Shown here piece after piece: positions 26,156 through 40,912 of a DNA stretch of 64,000 nucleotides. Where the stretch lies: assembly GCF_018977255.1 (NCBI RefSeq), contig NW_024704742.1:92568001-92632000 (forward strand), written 5' to 3'. Positions within the stretch are counted from its first letter, which is position 1. The number at the start of each line of letters is the position of its first letter. The position numbers and the translations under genes are program-made. This stretch comes from Callorhinchus milii. Its lineage: Eukaryota. The notes under the pieces were generated by a model. It was not told where the DNA came from. It was given only the letters and a program-made list of their open reading frames with translations, and did not search any database.

Positions 26156-28436
26156 CTGGCTGAACCATTTTGGAAATTTTGAGAATTAAATTGCATAGTC
26201 ATCAGCTGGAAATTGCAATTAAAATCAATCTAATTTGCGAATATCATATGAATCATAAACAGAGAAGACTGGTGAATGCCTCTAAATAAGTAATCTGCCA
26301 CCTCTGGTTCAAAGTTTTAGCAAAATAGGTTGTCTAGATACCTAGATACTATGTATTTACAGTAATATTTAGTTTCCAGCACCGGAATTGCATTCAATTT
26401 AGCTTCATTATTTAACACAGCTTCTACCATGTGGAGGAGTAGTTGGCAGGGGATCCCTTGTTAATATAAATGGTCTTTTGTCTTAAGCATGGGCGACATT
26501 CCAGATTCGTTTCTTGTAGAAAATAATTTTCTGTCAACACATCAAAAACAAAATTCCAAATGTTCAATGCAGAAGTCTCTGGGTTGGAGCATTAATTGAT
26601 AAAATGTTATCATAAACGTAGGCTAAGTGTTAAACAGTTCATAGAAGAGAACTACTACAATGTGTTTGACTAGTAAAATAAAATTAAAACAATTTCTTGA
26701 TTGTGGAGATTTATTTTAGGTGTATGATAATCTGAAATGCAGTGATTTAAAAGTGCCTCTCGTCTTGGATACAGTTAAATATGTCATAGGCAGCTGGTTT
26801 TATCTGGAACACAGAAAATGGAGATTGTTTATGATATCACAAAAGGACTTGTTACCCAACCCATCTTAATGTAGATGCAGAATGAATGCTGAATGAAACT
26901 CGGAGGCCCATGTTGAAACATTGGGCATTAAATGCCTGGGCATTTCTTTAGAGCTGCCTAGCTGAAGTTTATCACAACCGTTGAGCAATTGCCTAGCAAC
27001 GTGAAAGACTATGAAAGAGCTCTTTATCCTTTGCTGGCATTCCATTCCCTCACAATACTACTTATCAAATTCAAAACAGACACAAACGTGCGACAAAATG
27101 ATCATTTATCCTTTGCAGAAGAGAAAAATGAACAAATTAAATCAGGCTTGCTGGACTGCAATATTCACTCTAACCCAACTAATTGATGTGTCTTATGTTT
27201 AAAACATTTTGCAGTTAAAAAATTCCGCTTTGCTAATTTACATTATTTAAGCTCTTACATAAGAGGCCATAGTTTCTGTGGGATCCAGTCAGCTTTCTCA
27301 TCAGCTGTGGCCAAGTGATTCATTCAGTAAAATGACAGCCTCGATTGTAAAGCAAGTAGACACAATAAGGTCCAAATGCTACAATGGATGTTTACCAGCA
27401 CTTGATTTAAAAAAGAGAGACATTCACTGGTTCGAAAAGAAGAAATTAGACAGATTGTTTTTGTCCCGTAGCATTTTCTGTTTTGCCGATATGCTGTGAT
27501 GATCCGTGGAACGCCTTGTTGTGTGGTCCTGAATAATATGGCAGGCTAGTTTTATGGCTTTTATTTTCTAGTCTTAACAGTACCTATAGACGAAAGAACA
27601 TTTCAAATGCTCCAGCTAAAGGCTCAGTTTTTCCATGTGCCTTAAATGTAATGAGCAGATTTGGGTGCCTTTCAACCCTCCCGAATAAGAGCAAAAATGT
27701 TTTGTTCATTGTTGTGAAGGATCATAGCTGACCTCGAATGATTTATTGAAATCTTTTGGTTACCATTAAAATGGAAGCCCAGAAGTGTCTCAACTGGCAC
27801 AACACGCTGCCTTTGTCACGATGAGAGACTTTCTGATCCATTTGCAAGTCTATAATTGGATCTTAGTCTCTCATTTCCCAATGAAGTGTGGGAGCGAAAA
27901 ATCCAAGCGAAACATGCAAAAATTTAGAATAAAGCTCCATCATCCTTGCCTCAACAATGACCCTTAATCCCAAACTCAAAAGGCATCTCCTACTTCACAG
28001 TGTGATATCTCTATCTCCCTCACCAGCCATTCTAGTTTCCTCTTTGAGAGTATTACCAAATTAGTGCATGTTTATGAGCAATTTTATCTGGCAGAGCTTG
28101 GAACTGAATTGACACTGGTATGTATTATAGAGGAGTCTTTCATCTTGTCACAATGAACAAATTCTAAAGCCAGGCCCCAGGGTTAACAGGACTGTTTATA
28201 ATCCATTCTTAATGTTTTCTTAATAAAAATTTAAAAAATTACAATAATTAAATCATAGTCAGCATTAATTTTCAAAGAATCTGAGTTAAAATGGATCTTT
28301 ATCTCTGAATAGTGATCAAAATTGCATTTGAAATAGCGCCTTTCATGTCAGGAAGATGTCTCAAAGCACTTCACAGGATAGACTGTACAGTGTAGTGACT
28401 GTGAATTTTTAGGTGAACATCTATATCATGACTTAG

Positions 28437-28631
<195 letters not shown>

Positions 28632-29640
28632 TAAGGATGTATTGACAAGAAGACCAGAGCTCATCTCTGCATTTCAGCCACCTGTATTTATGTACATTTG
28701 CAGTGGGAGACTAGAGTTGGAGCAATGCTTCAGCGGTGGGTTTGAATGTACATTCACTACCGCAAAACTATTTATGTGGAGAGATTTCTACTATTCGCTC
28801 TCCAAGGATCTCTCCACATAAATAGTTTTGAGGTGTGCCCACACCCAGTAAAAGGTGTTTGAACTTGAAGAATCATCGTTTTCAAGTTTCGGGGAAGTTT
28901 CAAAAACCTCATTCAATTTGAGGTGTGAATGAACCTGCTTATTGTCTTGGAAGCCATCTGCAGATCTACTCCTCTTCTGAATGTGAATCGTTAGCAAAAC
29001 AATGATTTCAAACTTCTCCCAGATGTAATATTGTTGGAGTTGGGTATTTTGTATTTACACACAAACACACGCACAGGCACACACACACACACGCACAATT
29101 TTGTATTTACACATATCGCACACAATGACTTGACTGCTTTTTCATTTTAAATATTTGTCACAATGAGGAAATAGGTCTCAGGGTGAAAGATCATGAGTTT
29201 AATACGAAGGCATGCTTCAAAAATACACCAACTTACCTTTGGTGCTGTTCTGGTTATTGGGTCAATTTAGATGTCCATTTGATATTTAACTGACTGAATG
29301 GATCAAGATGTGGATATATCAGTGCCCCTCCCCCACCTAACACCATCCTCAGTGGTAAAGTCCATTTTAAGGCAATGCTCTCTCAGAGCTGAAAATGCAT
29401 GCTTTTCATTGCATCTTTATACTGGGAAATCAGCGTTGTACCAGATAACCACTAGATATAGTGCAGTCCTGTTATAACGTGCTTCACTACAGTGCAAATT
29501 TGATTACTGCTGCTGCACTGTGGTCCCCACTCACCGTACATGTGCAAAATAGAAAGTGAAATATTGGATCTTTGGCTCATGAACTGTGGCCTTCAATGGC
29601 CGGTTAGCAGGATACTGGATAAAAACTGCCATTAAATTGA

Positions 29641-29985
<345 letters not shown>

Positions 29986-30550
29986 TAGTGTTTTGTCTTT
30001 GTATATGTATTGAAAGTTTTAGGCCTGCGTGCGTTGCATTAGTGCACCACCTCGGTTTTATGTCTGTTGTTGGCACCATTGATGATCCATTGCCCACACA
30101 CAATGTTAGAGAGACTCTGCTGACGGGAAGGAGTACGATTGAGGAAGTGCAGTGCTCCCAAACATCAAGACCATTCTTTAATCCAGAAGTCAGTCAGCAG
30201 ACAAGAGGCTGCAAGCCTACTCTAATAAGATCACAGAGATTTGCTAACACAAACCATAGCGCTGCAACACAAAGCTGAATTTGTTTTAGTTTAGTTTAAG
30301 AATAAACTCAATAAATTAACAGCCATTAAAGGGAAGAGTCCTCATTCCAACAGCCACAGCTAGATTTAGCCCAGACCACAGAGGTGCAAGCACAGCAAAA
30401 CGGGCATGTTGAACAATAAATCCGTATACGCTTACCAGTTTCACCCACCGTGCTGAGAATTACTTTGTACAGTTTGTCCTAAAAGTCCACCATTTTCATG
30501 CCAAATTTAAGCTTCTGTCAATCTAACTATGGCATGAAAATTGTAATGTA

Positions 30551-30887
30551 CAGGGTGTCCACAAAGTCCTGTTACCCACATGTTTTTTTTCTACAGGGCA
30601 CTGACCAACAATTGAAACATGGAAGAATGATGATAATTGTATTTAGAAATAATTAATTGTATTCAGTACAAGTGTTTAACGATATTTAGACGTCCAGAGG
30701 ATCAGTATGAGCGCTATCGTTTTCACGGCAGATAATGATCCGTCGCCATGTTCAGGACAACAACCTCTGTAACATAGATGGAGTGACCGGGTGAAATGCA
30801 TCTCTGACAGCTTGTTTCACCTTCTCCATAGTCTCATATCACTGTTTTGTAACAGGGGGTAACAGGACTTTGTGAGCAGATACCCTG
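30551..30887 (-). mobile_element. Tc1/mariner-superfamily internal deletion derivative with transposase C-terminal remnant
   Basis: TA-flanked TIRs cagggtgtccacaaagtcctgttaccc and gggtaacaggactttgtgagcagataccctg. Minus strand 30835-30686 reads ETMEKVKQAVRDAFHPVTPSMLQRLLS*TWRRIIICRENDSAHTDPLDV*. Confidence 0.8.
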
Positions 30888-31445
30888 TAGAGGACTTAAG
30901 TGCCATGTGGGTCTAAAAACCCCTGACTGTCCAACGCCTTGAGATGTCTTACTTTGAAGCACCCTATACAAGTGTAATGTGTTGTTTTTGTTAGCTTTGG
31001 TTGCATTGCCTTCCACTGAGAAGAGCCAAGATAGTGGTCTGCCATCAAAACAGAGTGGTCCACTTTTACTCTCCGGTTTGTTAGATTGGTGTTCCGTACT
31101 CAGTATAATTCTTGGAACAAATCGTTCGTGTGTCTCAGTCGTCCAAATCCAGCTGTGCCAGGAAAAAAAACAGGGTCTCCAAAGATACATTTTTTGCTGA
31201 ATCATACATATATATGATATATATATATATAGGTTCATTTTATGGAATTAATTTAGTGGAAATATTTTGTTTTTGAATAAAGAGCCAGAGAGAATGGTAG
31301 CAGCTATTTAGTTGTACTGGACTGTACAAAATAGGGCCTGGTAATGATTGGAATATTTTTTGTTTGACATATTTTTTGACATATTCCTGTTGGCAATGAT
31401 AGCATACATTTGGATTGTATTCCCTTACTTCATGCTGTTAAATAA

Positions 31446-31685
<240 letters not shown>

Positions 31686-33752
31686 TGACATGTCTGTCTT
31701 CATTTTCTTTTTTTTTAATATAATGATTTTTCTTAAAAGAAGAAAACAACAGACTGATGTATAAAAAGTCGTAAAATGTTTTGGCCGCACCTCTATACAT
31801 GGCTTCATGGAGGGACCGTTACTCTTAAGACAAATATTGGCCACTTACTGTACAATAGAATTTACATTTATATAGCACCGTTCATTTCTGGAGGACGTGT
31901 CAAAGGGCTGAACTTTGGTGGCTGTGCACCCGAGCTGGGTGCGGGAGTCGAAAGGAGATGAGGAGGCGAATGATGACCGAAAGCAAGCTCAAAGATTAGG
32001 TCTTGAGGGAGACCTTAAATTGGGCAGCTTGGCCAAATTGGCAGCAATCTTACCTGTGATTCAGAAGGTTGTGGGTTCAAGCTCCATATTAGAAATTTGA
32101 GCTCATAAAAAACTAGGTTGACACACCAGTTGGGCACAGGGGCAGCACGTATTGTTTAGTGTGCTGCTTTTTGGATGAGAATTTCAGCTGAAGTCCCGTC
32201 TGTTTGTCCTTCAGCTGCCATTAAAGAATTGCACTATTCTATTCAAAACAGAAGCGGGTCACCCCTGGTGTCCTGGTCAACAATTCTTCGTATTAAACAG
32301 TCATTCACCATCAGAGTTGTTTATGTAGCCTTTCCTGCTGCAAATGGTTTCTGCGTTCACCCAGAAACAATCGTGATAGTAATTAAATGTGAAATGCTTC
32401 AGTGTGATAAACACCTTACAAAAGTTCTTATTCTTTCCCTTATCATCATTTCTATTTTTGTTACATTCAGATGTTTCTCTGAATAAATGATTGATGACCA
32501 TAGTATTATTCAGAGACACTGACTCAGGCCAACAGAATTAAGTTATTGACCCTAACGAGTCAGAAGAATCAAATCAACAAATGCCCTTGGAATGATGTAA
32601 ACCCAGAAGTATTCTGTGCCAATGATTGTATCCCATTGATATTAATCCAATTTCCTGTCATCATTAAACATGGCATTTCCTCCCTTCTTTCTGTTGCTTC
32701 TGTGTGGCTGGAATTGTGTTTAAATATAAATATTCCAAAGAAAATACCCAGAAATAGACAGAAGGAAATGAAATATTTTTTTTAAATTAGCTAAAACTCT
32801 TCTGTACTGTTTTATATTTTAAGGTCATTGCCCTCACCTACAAATCCCTTCATGTATCTCTATGTCTCTCCGATCTCCTCCTACCCACTTCTCTGCTCAC
32901 CCCCTACAATCAGCTAATTTGGGTTTGCTGCACATCTCCCGCCCTCCCCACACCACCACTAGTGACCAAAGTTTCCAATTCTACAAGTCCAATCTCTGGA
33001 ACTTCCTCCCTCAGCCCCTCCAGCTCACCCCCTCTCTGTCTGTATACGTGTCCCACCATAAAACTTACCTCTTCAATCGTGTCCGTGCTTACCTTTTTCC
33101 CTTCTCTCCCGCAAGCAGCCGTGATTTACCCCCAAAGCCAATCCACTTTACAGTATATCCTGTGAAAGCGCTTTGAGACTTCTCGACTATGTGATAAAGC
33201 GCTGTATCAAATGCAAGGACTGTTATTATATTATAACTTTGAAACCTCCCATAAACCTATCTCTTCAACTACACTGTCAGCCACTTTTCCCTTCCACCCA
33301 TTCCCCATTCAGTTGTGTGAAGCCCTGTCAAACATCCACCCGATGTGAAAGGTGCTAAATAAATGTAAATTGTTCTTGTTGTTTGAAACGCATTGTAAGA
33401 AGTTCGGGCTTTGTTCATTAGAAGCGAGAAGATTAAGGAATGACCTGATAAATGTCCACAAGATTATAAAAGTTAAACAGTTAATAGATCAGTAATGAGA
33501 GAGCACAAATTTCATAGTAAAGAAAAAAGAAATTAAAGGGTAGGTTACAAAACAATACAGAGTCTGTGAATCATTTTCGAAAGGATTATTTTCAATAAAA
33601 ATAATGTTGATACTTGAAAAAGGAGAAGATTAAAAGTTGTTAAAAGGAATGGATAGAAAACAGGAAAGTGTGTTTAAACTAAATCACTTGTTTAGAAAAA
33701 AAAGTACCGGAGCAAAACTTGTTCACCTGAGTGACCTATTTCTGTGTCGTAA

Positions 33753-34034
<282 letters not shown>

Positions 34035-36035
34035 TAACTTAGGGTGCCGGGAATACAAACAAAGCATATTATTGTCCATGGCACCTTTTGATCGCTTGTT
34101 TTCCTCAGTCATTTCTGAAATTTCACTCAGTCTTAGCCTGCAAGAATGTTTTAAATATATATTTTTAAAATGTCTTTACAAGAACTGTGGGTTTGGGAAA
34201 AATCTTAAATTTTGTCCTAAGCTTTGAAACGATTTCCCCCCCCATCCCACCAATGATTTTTATAACATGCAGAAAACTGGCTTCAGAATCAAAACTGTAT
34301 TTAAGAATTTTCCAAACTCCCCTATAATGTTAAGTTTTAAAAAAACGTTCCTGAGGCTAAATCTACTTTTCGTTATGTCTTTATTCTGGGAAATCAGTGT
34401 TGTACCAGAGATCCGCGACACACCGTGCTGTCCCGTTATAACGTACTTCACTATGGCACAAATTTCCTTCTAACATAGTTTGACTGTGGACCTCACTTAT
34501 TCCACGTGTGCGAAACAGAAAGTGACATCAACAGCAATCTAATACCTGTAAGCGAGGTATTTTAATACCCGCCATATAAAAAAACCTTCCGGGTCATCAG
34601 GTCACTGCCAACGTCACTAAATTTACTGCGTATATAATTAGGTAACTTGAAAAATAACAATGAGTTTGAAAAAGCAACTTCAAATGCCCTGAGAAAAAAG
34701 GTCTCATTGTGTCGACTGCGTTTTCTGTTGGAAACCTCCAGTGTATTACGTTGGCTTGACAGATCTTATGAGGATGAGCTGCCATGATGTACTGGGATTT
34801 CCTTAGAAAAAATGTTTGTTTCATTATGAGATGTTTTTCCACTAACTCAGAGGTGTAGCATTTTTGTTCTAGTTTTTTTCAGCATTGTTTACAACGAAGC
34901 CCCATTATATATAACACAGTGTTTTGGATCCATAAAGTCCCAGCCAGTCATAGCCAGTCATAGCGCAATAGCAGGTTTCACTGTGCTCAAGCACAGCAGG
35001 CCAACTTACTCCCAGCCCGCTGGTTGAATCGTGGGCTAAAACAAAATGTCACTCCCTGTTTCCTGCACATGTGAAAAGCAGGAGGTAGTACTGGTGGCCA
35101 TCAAAAAAAATTCTTGTACAAGTCACTACACTGTAATGTACACTCTGTGAGGCACTTTGAGATGTTTCAAAGTGATGAGGTGCTATCACAAATGCAAAGA
35201 TTATTATTATCTTGCCATTATTAGTTGATGTCCGTCACTCCCCTTGCATTGCTGCAAGAAAATTACTCTGCAGCAATCAAGGTTGGGTGACTGCGCAGGA
35301 GCTGTAAGGTACCTGATGAGTTTGGTTTTGTTTGGATGCATCCAACAAATTAAAATCACGCTGTGAAATGTTTGTCATTTGAAGCAAGTAATATTCTCAG
35401 CAGGGTGTATTGTGTGTTGCGTGGGAAACCTAATGGTACACATTGACACACTTTCTGACGTGTGCTCCTTTGTCTGCATCTCTACGTACCCTGGCAGCCT
35501 CTCTCTGATATGATGCCAGACACTCAGGAATGTCACTGAAATCCATCATTCCCTGATACTAAATATACAGATCTTCCCATTGTGATTTTATCATGAGATT
35601 TCCCATTCCAAATTAGGAAGCTGACTGGAAATAATGCTATGGTGCATCTTCAAGGTTGGATGTGACAGGCAGACAGCTGGAGAAATGTTGTATGCTGAAG
35701 GAGTGAAGAGGTCATCAACAAAATAATACTTGGAATCGGGACATGATGTGAACTAAATGGGATTTAGGAGTTAAACATGTTAGTAAAGACTGGTCAAGGT
35801 GGGATTAAAGCCCTCAGGACCCAATTTTGACCAAACAAGAAATGCTACTGGAAATTACTATGTGTGACACTATAGTATATATATATACACTAAAGTATAT
35901 ATATATACACTATAGTACAATAAGTACAATCAAGCAGAGCTTATATTAGAATGTACTGCATTTTATTTTTGTTCTGAGTTTGAAAGCACTTCTCTTGCCC
36001 CCCCAATTATTTGCCATGTCTCTGTTTTACTGCAG

Positions 36036-36164
36036 GATGTCCGTTAGGTTATTATGGAAAAGACTGTGCTGAGCTTTGTTACTGCCAAAATGGAGCGGAT
36101 TGTGATCACATATTAGGCCAGTGCACCTGCCGCATTGGATTTATGGGCAAACATTGCGAGCAAA
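36036..36164 (+). CDS. MEGF10: MEGF10 exon, EGF-like ([43 protein letters not shown])
   Basis: ttttactgcag acceptor, gtaagt donor, 129 nt, phase 1 to 1; absent from the ORF track. Confidence 0.95.
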
Positions 36165-38039
36165 GTAAGTGAAGAATAAACACCATCACTGTAAAGAAAT
36201 GACCGTGCCTTTCCATTGCTCTGTCAACACAGTTCTTTGCAATTTTCAGTTTACATCTCTGAGGATTTATATCTCTCTCAAAAATGTTATAATTTTATTT
36301 AGATAATCATCATTGTTATTATAATTCTTACAGTTTATATAGCTTTTTTGTTGAGTGCAGTGAATGTGGCAGTCAATTTGCACACAGCAATTCCAAGAGT
36401 GCTACAAATTCATTTAGTACCAGTTATTTATTTCATCTCACTTTGGGATCAGTTTTGTTTTAACTGATTTCATCAATAAAAGACTTTAGAAAGAATTATA
36501 TTTGGTAACTGGAAAAATGTCCCATGTCACTCTGCTTCCCTGGGACCCAGCTCCAAAAATAGATTGTGTAGGAGCGACGTTCCCATGAATGGACGAGACA
36601 TGGTTTTTGAGGAGTTGACTTCCAGAGCAGTGGAGTTCACACGTGCATAGTACGAATATAGCGACTACAAATCAAACTGGGCTCGCTCCTTATGACCTGT
36701 TGAAATCCCTACGCCAGTCCACTGAGCTGCTTAGCGAAGTTCCACAAACTGTGTCTTAATTAAGAAATCTGTTAAGGAATGACACAAAATCAACCTTCTC
36801 GTAACAATCCGATTTGGAAATCTGCACAAGCCATGTTGGTGGAAAGGTTGTCTTTCGTGTGATGAATAGAGGTGTATAGTTTGACATTAAAATGTGTCAC
36901 CAACTCAAGTTATCTGGAAATAAAAGAGTTCTATGAGACACAGAGGGCTCTCAATTCTCTCCTACTCAGAATATGTTCAAATCTTGTTTGGAACAGGGCT
37001 CTAAATATAGAGGAGCCTGAGCACTAATTGCTCATCTCACCAGCAATGTCAGCTGCAACCTGACTTGATGGGAAACAAATTTAGCTTCTCCTCGTCTTAA
37101 AACTTTAAATTACTGTAATTAATTATAGTATAGATGAAACCTTGCCACAGCGCTGAGCGCTCACCCTCTTCCCAGTTTCTGCCAAAAGCTCCCAGCTGCG
37201 GAAACTTGGAAAAGACAAGTTCAACCTGTATTCAAAAATGTTTAAATCAGAAACCCGATTCTAAGTATAAAGTTCTAAGTATTCTGTATTTAAACCATGT
37301 TGTGGATTTTTCTTTTCTTAGTGCCCTTTGAAGTTACTGGTAGTCCATTATATGAAAGGAGAGAGAGTGCTGTAACTTTGTTCTCAGTGTGTTACAAAGG
37401 AAATGAAATGACTGAGATTTAGATCAAAAAGGGTATATTTTATCCAGTGCTGCTGTCTCTTGGGGGAACAATATCAGAGGCTGACTTGCAGTACTTTTCA
37501 ATTTGATTCTTTAACAAACAATTTTGTTAGATTTCCCATTGAACGGCCAGAACCATGTTCCATAGATCAACTGGGAGAGGAACTCTCCCAGTACGGCGGG
37601 ATTCTAGTTATCAGAAGGAGTCTTGGTTTGTGGGAATCCTTATCAAGGAATCCGAGTCAAAGTAAGATCCCCTGCACTAATCGAAAAGAAAAGGAAGTTT
37701 CTCCTGGTGTCCTGGACAACAATCCGAGCGAGTGACTGGGAACCTCGACACAACACCAAGGTTCCGCACTGGCTCCATGAGGTGAAGGTGGAGTGAGTAT
37801 CCGAACGGGTCGATGTGGACTCGTGACGTGAGAAGGTGCTGACTGGAGCCAGTCAGGAGAACCTTGGTTTTGTCAACATTGAGTTGTAGAAGTTAGAAGT
37901 CCTCCAGAACTTGATGTGTGACTGACAACCAGTGGACCCCAAGCCTACAAATTATGTCACCAAGGGGGAGCATTTAGATAGTGAACAGAAGAGAGGTTAG
38001 AGCCTTGAGGAATGCCACCAGTGATTGTGTTGGGTTAGA

Positions 38040-38356
38040 ATAATAGTAATAACAATCCGTGCATTTGATATAGTGTTTTTCATGTCTTCTAGAAATCTCA
38101 AAGCGCTTTACAGAATATAGTGTAAAGTGAATTGACTATATTTTGTGGGTGAAATGTGGCAGTCAATTGTGCACAGCAGTGTCCCACAAACAGTCGTGGA
38201 TTGAGTGACCACATTATTGTTTTTTTTTGTCTTGAGGGATTATTATCAGGCGTATGAAGTAAGGAAACTTGCCCAGGGTTTTGCCCTGCCAGGAATCAAA
38301 CCCAGTTCTCTCACTTGCGAGGCGAGTGCTCTAACCACTGAGCTACACGACTCTAC
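38040..38356 (-). mobile_element. tRNA-derived SINE inserted in an old minus-strand L2 (approx. 37730-38620)
   Basis: Full SINE reverse complement. Flanks encode L2 RT (LLDLSATFDTVD on the minus strand). Confidence 0.85.
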
Positions 38357-38934
38357 AGGGTTAGGAGGAAAAGCCATTGGAGGAGGCAAAGTGAAGACGC
38401 TGGGACAGGAAACCAGGAAAGGGTAGAGCCTGAGATAGAGTAGGAAGGGGAGATGATAGATAAGGGAATTTGTCAACAGTATCAAAGGTGGCAGAGAGAT
38501 CGAGGAGGAAATGGATGCAAAGGGAGACCTGGTCACAGATGAAGGGAATATTGTTGGTGACTTTGACCAGGGCCATCTTGGTGCTATGGACTGGGCAGAA
38601 ACCACATCTGACTGTGAAGAACAATTACCAGGAAAAAATACTATTTAAATGAGTGTTTTTTTCCATTAAAAAAATATTGTTTGTAGCTGGTGCTCAAAAC
38701 TTGATATGGCCTTTTCTTCACTTTTAGTAGTAGTGTTGCTCCCTCTTGTGGTATTATGGTGAACTGCACATATGACAAGTTTTTAGTTTGAAGGACAGAA
38801 TAATTTAAAATACTTAATTACAATATTGTTCCTCAAATGACATTAATCAAGCATATTTATCTAAATACAACAATTGTTTTTAAAGTACAGCATAATGTGG
38901 ATCAACTACACTTTTGTATGTTAACAAATAAAAT

Positions 38935-39280
38935 AATAATCCTAATACCTGTACATTTGATATAACGCCTTTCACATCAGGAGACTGTTTCAGAAGGCTT
39001 CACAGGATATACTGCAAAGTGCAGTGACTGTATTTTGTAGGCAAAAGTGACAGCAAATTTGCGCACAGCAATGTAATTTATTTGGGGATTGTTCACTTTT
39101 CGAATAGTGTCATGAGACCTTTAACATTCACTTAAAGAGGTAGGCAGGACCTTGGTTTAATGCCTCATCGAGAGGACAGCACCTCCAACAATGCAGCACA
39201 CCCCCAGCACTGCATTGGAGCGTCAGTCTAGACTAGATGAGATCCAAGGTCTGATATGGGCCTTAAGCCCAAACCATTGA
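38935..39280 (-). mobile_element. Older Deu-domain SINE
   Basis: Reverse complement of the Deu-like block and tail. Confidence 0.7.
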
Positions 39281-39469
39281 TGATGCAATGAAACAAGCTC
39301 GCGAAAACATTTGTAAATCTGGGCATGATAGTAAGGAGGATGAACAGATTGGATATATTTTTATTTGAACAATTTAGCTTCAATTAAGTTACAGATCACA
39401 TCAGTGACAGCCAAGTACAAATAGTGGAGACCTCCTGCATTGCTTCATATCATGATTTGTCAGCCATAG

Positions 39470-39860
39470 AGTCAAGGTTGTGGGTTGAAGCCCCACATCG
39501 GGACTCGGAGTCACATAATCGAAGATGACGCTCCAATGCAGTGCTGGGGGTGTTGCATTGTTGGAGGTGATGTCCCAGATGAGAAGTTAAACCAAGCTAC
39601 TTTCTGCCTGTTTAGGTGGACATAAAAGATCCCATGACACTATTCGAAATGAGAAGGGAATTTCTCCCAACGTCCTGGCCAACAATCCCCCAAATTAAAT
39701 TGGTCGTTTTTTCATGCCTGTTTGTGGGTCTTTGCTGTGTGCAATTGGGTTACTGCATTCGCCTATAAACACGGTCACTTCACAGTAAATCCTGTGAAGC
39801 ACTTTGGGATGTCTTCCTGATGTGAAAGGAGCTACACCAAATGAAGGATTATTACTATCA
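39470..39860 (+). mobile_element. Older Deu-domain SINE
   Basis: gcattgttggaggtg...gatgagaagttaaacc...gatcccatgacactattcgaa plus tail. Confidence 0.72.
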
Positions 39861-40029
39861 TTGATTATATCATTTAAGAAAGTTTAATGTTGTGACTGGA
39901 GGATGGTAGGATGGGCGTTCTGTGAAAATTAGATCAAATGGACTGAAGACCCTTCTTCATCTGAACCTCTCTGTGATTTTGTCAGTCGTATTATATATCA
40001 TATCTGACGACACTATTATTGTCTTACAG

Positions 40030-40158
40030 AATGTCTCTCAAGTACCTATGGCTATGGCTGTCGTCAGGTGTGTGACTGTCTAAACAATTCAACGTGTGAC
40101 CATATTAAAGGGACTTGTTACTGCAGCCCAGGATGGAAGGGTGCACGGTGTGACCAAG
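40030..40158 (+). CDS. MEGF10: MEGF10 exon, last EGF-like repeat ([43 protein letters not shown])
   Basis: gtcttacag acceptor, gtatg donor, 129 nt, phase 1 to 1. Confidence 0.95.
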
Positions 40159-40675
40159 GTATGTGTCCTTTTAAGCAAACTCATTCATTTTGGTCTCTGG
40201 AACCACTTTCTTGCTCTTCCCCTGTGCCTGATGAATGCACGCTGTGCAGTAGGACTGGAACTATCGTTGGAGGACACCAAGAAAATCACACGTTTTGGTA
40301 CTTGTATTTGTGTAGAATTTGATTTGTCACAGGTGCTGAATTTTTTAAACTGAGCAGGAAAACGTCATGAATTAAATTCAATACATTGTAAAAAAATGAG
40401 GTCAATCACAGTAAGGATGCTACAGTAAATATTATAGTGATTAGTATATCATCAGTGAGAGATCTCGGCTCCAGCACATTGGAAATGGTGTGTGTGGTTG
40501 TGTAGGGTGGGGGGGAGAGTCCTTACCTTTGGTACATCACCTTGCTTATCTTTCTAAGGCAATGTGTTCATCTTAGAATTGGAATGAAATTTACCTTTGA
40601 GAAGCACTGCTTAATCAACATGCGTAAAAAGCCCTATTTCTTATCCATGTCCAATATTACTTCTTACATATGCAG

Positions 40676-40912
40676 CTGGTGTTATAATTGTGGGAAACCT
40701 CAATAGCTTGAGTCGGACCAGCACTGCTATTCCTGCTGATTCTCACCAGATTGGAGCCACGGTGGGAATCGTCATTCTTCTCCTGATTGTTCTCTTCCTG
40801 CTGGGAATGTTCATCATATACAGACGGAGGCAGAAGGGCAAAGAGACCAACATGGCTGCTGTTACGTACACACCTGCACTCAGGGTTATGAACACAGATT
40901 ACACAATTTCAG
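40676..40912 (+). CDS. MEGF10: MEGF10 transmembrane exon ([57 protein letters not shown]...DYTIS)
   Basis: atgcag acceptor, gtgag donor, 237 nt. A hydrophobic helix is followed by the basic stop-transfer YRRRQK. Confidence 0.95.

Noticed and set aside
35867..35916. 20-bp tandem repeat (acactatagtatatatatat x2.5)
   Set aside because: Ordinary AT-rich minisatellite; no spacers, not CRISPR-like.
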